From the human T2T-CHM13v2.0 reference genome, Homo sapiens, in assembly GCF_009914755.1 (NCBI RefSeq), contig NC_060939.1: a stretch of DNA of 64,000 bases, one strand, 5' to 3'. Shown one piece after another: positions 56,951 to 64,000 of the stretch. The notes below the pieces were generated by a model. It was given only the letters and a program-made list of their open reading frames with translations, did no database searches and had not been told where the DNA came from. The first letter of the stretch is position 1; each line of letters starts with the position of its first letter. Made by a program: the position numbers and the translations under genes.

Positions 56951-58964
56951 AAGAGTGTCAAATACACAGTCTGTTCTGCTGGACACAGAGAATGACTGCC
57001 CACCCCCCTCCAGGATGCTGCCGGCAGTGTGATCGGTGGGCACAGACGGCCCCAGCTGTCAGACCTTTCAGGGTCTGCCTGAGCTGCAGAGACCCACCTT
57101 GCCTGAGGTCATGCCTTTCCTGGGGCAGCCTACAGCTGGGGATTGAGCAAGGCCGAGGATAAAGACTCAGCCATTTGGGTCCTCCATGGGACATTCTGAT
57201 GGGCACTCGCTGAGGCTTTGCCAGGCCTGCCTTGAGGTTCAGCTTGTCCCTGTGCCCATCCTCCCCCACCCTTCCTCATGTGTAATGAACTCCTGTGTGT
57301 TCATCCCTCATATACATCTTGCACCCCAAATGTCACCTCAGTGTCTGCTTTGGGGGAACCCAATCTGCAAAAGCTATATAATAAAAAGGCTGCCTCTTGC
57401 TGACACAGCTATGCTTACCACACAGAGAAGGCAGCCCCAGGGCCTGAACGCCCCTCCTCTAAAATGGGCTCTTTAACACCTGGCTCAGAATCCTACAAAT
57501 CTGGAAATACAGTTTGCCAGCGCTTAGACAGTTTAGATGGAGGCTCTCCAAGTGAGTTTTGTTAGAGTTGCAGGGAAAGCTCAAAGGCAGAGTGGAAGGT
57601 GAGGAGAGCTGCAGTCTTAACGCACCCCTCTTACTAGAAGCCCCTACAGAGGGACCCTCAGCAGTGAGTGTTTTTTGCACAGCAATGACCTGATACTCAT
57701 TGGTCTACCAAGGCCACTGGTCAAACCACTGACCTCTGTGGGTGGAAATAGAGTTTGCCAATTCACCATGAAATGAGGGAAGTTGTGATGATGTCATGAA
57801 TTTCAGGGAATTAACTATACTCATCATAATTTTTTGCTGTTAAGAGAACTGCGTAATGCTGATTATAGATTGCAGGGAGTTTCATTTTGTTTTGTTTTTA
57901 AGGTCCTCATTTGGCAAAAGAATGAAGAAAAGGAGCACTGTGTCTTAGAAATCCAGGTCTGGGATGCACCGAATAGTTCCGAATCACCTGGACGAGGCTC
58001 CTCACGGTGCTGAGGTGGAGAGCAGGGCTCTTTAGCCATGGACATTTCTGGGGCAGCCAATGGTTTGCAACTGCCCTTCTTGGGGCCTCACCCTGTTCAT
58101 AGCTTGGACTGTAGGCAGGGAGACCTCAGTGCCCTTCCAACTCCAAGATGTCTGCGGGGAGACTCAGTGCTCTGCATAAGGTGGTGTGCTGTGACACTAA
58201 GCAGGCCTTAGGCACCTGCCCCTCTGCCCCCTTCACACAGGTCCTCCACACCTGGAAGGGGTCATGAGGGCCAGGATGGGTCAACAGCACCCCTCAGTGA
58301 ACTGTGGGCCTTCCCACCATCACTCCTGAGCTAATTGCCACCTGCTCGCCTGCCAGGTGCCTACCCGTGTGTCCCCAGCTCTGGGCCGCCATTAATGACA
58401 TGTTGCAGCAGTTTTACGAAGCATGGCTCAGCACAATTTTACACCTCATTTGATTTATGTTCTGGGATTTCTTCCTCTCTCAGAGGTTCCCTCCCTCTGG
58501 AGAGACAGCATGTGTCACCCACCCTAGTTCCCCTGTGCTCCCACAGAGCAGACAGACCCCAGGTCCTGAGCAAATAGCACCATGACCTCCCTCCCAGGCT
58601 TTCTCTCCAGGTGACATCCTTGAGCCAGGACATCTGTGACTGAGGCCTTCTCAAGTGGCTCAGTAATGACCAAGAGAATCCCAGAGCAAGGAACAACCTC
58701 AGAGATGGGTAACCAAACCCCAATCTACAAGCGAGGAAACCGAGGGTTGGAGAGAGGCCTCGGGTCCCTTGGGACACTTCTGAAGGTCACAGAGCCAGTC
58801 TATGTCTGGCACGTGCCTCCTCTCTCTGCGGCAGAGGACAGGGTCTGCACTGGGAGTTGAGGCCAGCCACGAGCCGACCTTCCAGGCAGCAGAACCACTA
58901 GACTAGACTCTCCACGGGGCAGTGATCTTGCTGAGGCAGAGGAATGGGCAAGCTAAAGGATCGC

Positions 58965-59100
58965 TTGTCTACCTCCCTCATTGCAGAGGAGGGAAGGGAG
59001 GCATAGAGAGGGAGAGTGACTTGCCTCAAGACACACAGCCAGTAAGGTGCAGAGTCAGGGTTAGAACACTGGCTTCTAGAGCTCCAGGATTTCATCACCT
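58965..59100 (-). mobile_element. MIR fragment
   Basis: 'agtgacttgcctcaagacacacagccagtaag'. Confidence 0.6.
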
Positions 59101-59769
59101 TCTCCCTAAGAGGCAAGATCATTTCCACGGCTGGATCCTCTCCTTCACTCATTTTTGGTGGCCTCCCAGGAGCCAGGCATGGTGTCAGGCTGGGAGGATA
59201 TGGTGAGGACATGGCAGGCCCAGTGGCTGCCCTCACAGCCTGCAGCTCCGCGGTGGAGGTCAATAAGCACTTGGGCTATGACGGTGCAGGGTGGTGAGGC
59301 TGTGAAGGCAGAGTGTGGATCCCAGAAGCAGATCTTTTCCCCTCTGCATTTCGGGAACTCACCTCACAATGACTCCTGGTTGAAGGCCAAGCCCACCTCC
59401 CACTATAGAAGTTGTCACGGCCAGAAACTCACCATCCCAGCCTTCCTGAGGTATGTGACCAAGGTTCATCCAACTAGAAGTACCTGTCCCAGTTTAGACT
59501 CAGGAGCTGATGACATGAGGAAAGAGAGGGCAAGGGTGTTCTCTGTGGCCAAGGGACGGTTATGGTGAGGTCGAGGGCCCAGGGACGGAGGCAATGCAGA
59601 TGGCATTGGTGGTGCAGACCACAGTGTCCTGGGTTCAGCACCATTCTGGAGGTGACCAGTCGTGGAGCTTGACATGGATGATGTTCCTGCTGTGTAGCTC
59701 TAGGATAATGATGCCCCAGACCACCTAGAGGACAAATGAGGCTCTCGATATCTTTAAGAACTTTACCTT

Positions 59770-61911
<2,142 letters not shown>

Positions 61912-62019
61912 ATCTATTTCTTGTGACAAAAAATATGACGGGTAAATCCTGGATGCCCAGTCTGGTGCTTTTCAAACTCCACCTGGCAGATGTCTGCCTA
62001 AGTGCTTGCTCCTGAAACA

Positions 62020-62270
62020 GGTATAGCATGGAGGTTTAGAGTGAGGATGGTGGAGCCAGAACTGCCTGAATTGAGGTCCCACCTCTACCACTTATTAAAT
62101 GTATGCTCTGGACAGCTTTCCTCGGTTTCCTCATCTGTAAAATGGAGATGCTGCTGATAATATCAATGCCTAGCTCATAAGATTATAATCAGAATTAAAG
62201 TACTTAATATATACAAAGCCCTTAGGCCACTGTCTAGCACACAATTAAGCACCAATAATTGTTAACTGAT
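62020..62270 (+). mobile_element. MIR
   Basis: 'gtatagcatggaggtttagagtg...cctcggtttcctcatctgtaaaatggag'. Confidence 0.8.
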
Positions 62271-62272
62271 AG

Positions 62273-62575
<303 letters not shown>

Positions 62576-63110
62576 AACAATAGTAATTTTAAATTTTATT
62601 TTGATTTCCTCATTCTCCTCTGACTCCACATCTTCTCCTTGGGTAATTCCACCCATTCCTGTGACGTTGACTATCATCGTCCCTGATACCTCAATGCCAA
62701 GAACTGACTTGACTGAAAGATACACCGTCGATATAGTAAATTTATTATGAGGGGTGGGGACAATCTAGCAGACTTTTGGTTGTGGCCCTTCCTAGTCATA
62801 CGGTTTGATTTGCATACATGCCCTAGGGAAAAGGACATGTGAAGAAAAACTTGGGCCTTGGCCCAAGGCTCTGGGTGGTGGAAACTCTATTACCAGGACA
62901 ATTAGATAGATTTGTCTCTGCTACACTTTGGGGGTGGCCCTGGGCAGAGGGAGAAGAACTCACTCTTAGATAAAAGGTGTCAGTAGCCATGGTGACCCAC
63001 CAGGACGAGCCTGAGAAAGTGGTCCAGTGTCTGGGTTATTGAGTGGCTATTCCCAGACACAAAGCTAAGAGATCTGGACATTCTTTTTCTTTCTTTTTTT
63101 TTTTTTTTTT

Positions 63111-63434
63111 GCCGTTACAAGATTTAAGAGAGTGAAAACAGATCTCCCATACAAAGGGAGGGGACCCAAAGAGGGTAGCCGTTGCCGGCTTGAATGCCTG
63201 GGTTTATATCCCGATCATTGTCCCTCCCCCATGCCCTCAGACGATAGATGATTGGCTATTTCTTAACCTCCTGTTTTTGCCTAATTAGCATTTTAGTGAG
63301 CTCTCTTTACTACCTGATTGGTTGGATGTGAGCTAAGTTACAAGCCCCATGTTTAAAGGTGGATACGGTCACCTTCCCAGCTAGGCTTAGGGATACTTAG
63401 TCAGCCTAGGAAATCCAGCTAGTCCTGTCTGTCA
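63111..63434 (-). promoter_or_regulatory. LTR17 U3-R without U5
   Basis: Two CCAAT boxes and TATAAA on the minus strand; poly(A) signal reads CTTAAA where the family has ATTAAA. Confidence 0.85.
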
Positions 63435-63493
63435 GTCCCCCCTCTCAACAGGAAAACCCAAGTGCTGTTGGGGAGGTTGGCCGATATCCGCTC

Positions 63494-63754
63494 TAACTGC
63501 TTCCTGCTGAATTGGGGCATAGTAGGGGTTATGCAGTTGAGATTTCCTCGGGAGGGATGCCTTTGATGTCATTAACGCCAGAGCATGGGCTCCAGGCTGG
63601 TCCAGGGGTCCGCAGTAGATCTTAGTCATGGACTGCTTCTGGGGCTCCAATTGAAGAACCATTTGTAGTTTTACAGCTTTGATTCTGGAAGAAGCAAACT
63701 TAACAAGGAGGTTAAAGATACAGGCATTGAAATGTATGGCCTGCAGTGTAGGGG
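63494..63754 (-). pseudogene. env: HERV-W env remnant: SU island plus TM cytoplasmic tail, frameshifted
   Basis: Translates CIFNLLVKFASSRIKAVKLQMVLQLEPQKQSMTKIYCGPLDQP, then after a frameshift SPCSGVNDIKGIPPEEISTA*PLLCPNSAGSS; homologous to the syncytin-1 C-terminus. Confidence 0.9.
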
Positions 63755-64000
63755 ATTATTTCTTTGGCACACTTCACAGGCCCTGACTATCTGCTTGACA
63801 GTTTTGAAAAGACCTGGTCCAGTAAATAATGATTTGGCCATCTGATGGGTGCTATCAATGCCTAAGTGAAAGGTTTGGTGAAGGGTTTTAAGTAAGGTTC
63901 CATTGGTTAGCTGCAGGCAAAAGTATTTTTCCTTCTTCGGTGGCTAGCCATCCTGAGGGGAGGAAACTACGTCCTCATGAGGTTCCCCATTCTATTTATT
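63750..64000 (-). pseudogene. pol: HERV-W pol remnant: integrase N-terminal HHCC zinc-binding region, with stops and a frameshift
   Basis: Translates IEWGTS*GRSFLPSGWLATEEGKILLPAANQW, then after a frameshift LLKTLHQTFHLGIDSTHQMAKSLFTGPGLFKTVKQIVRACEVCQRNNPL. Confidence 0.9.

Larger units (their letters stand above)
63081..64000 (-). mobile_element. HERV-W (HERV17/LTR17) processed pseudogene, 3' part; runs off the window
   Basis: On the minus strand: pol/env remnants, polypurine tract GAGAGGGGGGAC (63435-63446), LTR17 starting TGACAGACAGGACTAGCTGG at 63434, truncated after R at 63111, then poly(A) (poly-T at 63081-63110). Confidence 0.93.

Noticed and set aside
63432-63662. 76-aa ORF as a functional syncytin-like protein
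   Set aside because: It is only a frameshifted cytoplasmic-tail remnant; almost all of SU and the TM ectodomain are deleted.

Overview
This is primate (human-like) non-coding genomic DNA, intergenic or deep intronic. AluY and HERV-W point to a catarrhine genome. I cannot name the locus. I find no credible intact protein-coding gene, RNA gene or CRISPR array; the ORF-track entries I could assess are explained by Alu, L1, LTR or low-complexity sequence, or by chance. Much of the window is interspersed repeats: Alu, MIR, L1, L2, MaLR/ERVL/ERV1 LTRs and hAT DNA transposons, several nested and several with readable target-site duplications (TSDs). The right end holds the 3' part of a minus-strand HERV-W processed pseudogene (U3-R plus poly(A)), with two microhomology-bounded deletions in pol/env. 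The most interesting unexplained structures are a decayed 10-bp-period array rich in TFCP2/GRHL-type sites (55.2-55.4 kb) and three local copy events (a ~310-bp inverted duplication, a 61-bp near-perfect direct copy, and a CA tract copied into an LTR). Several repeat-free, homeobox/POU-motif-rich blocks also look like developmental enhancers. Repeat families and subfamilies were recognised from memory of consensus sequences, and boundaries are approximate unless a TSD is quoted. I see no evidence for a wholly new biological system.
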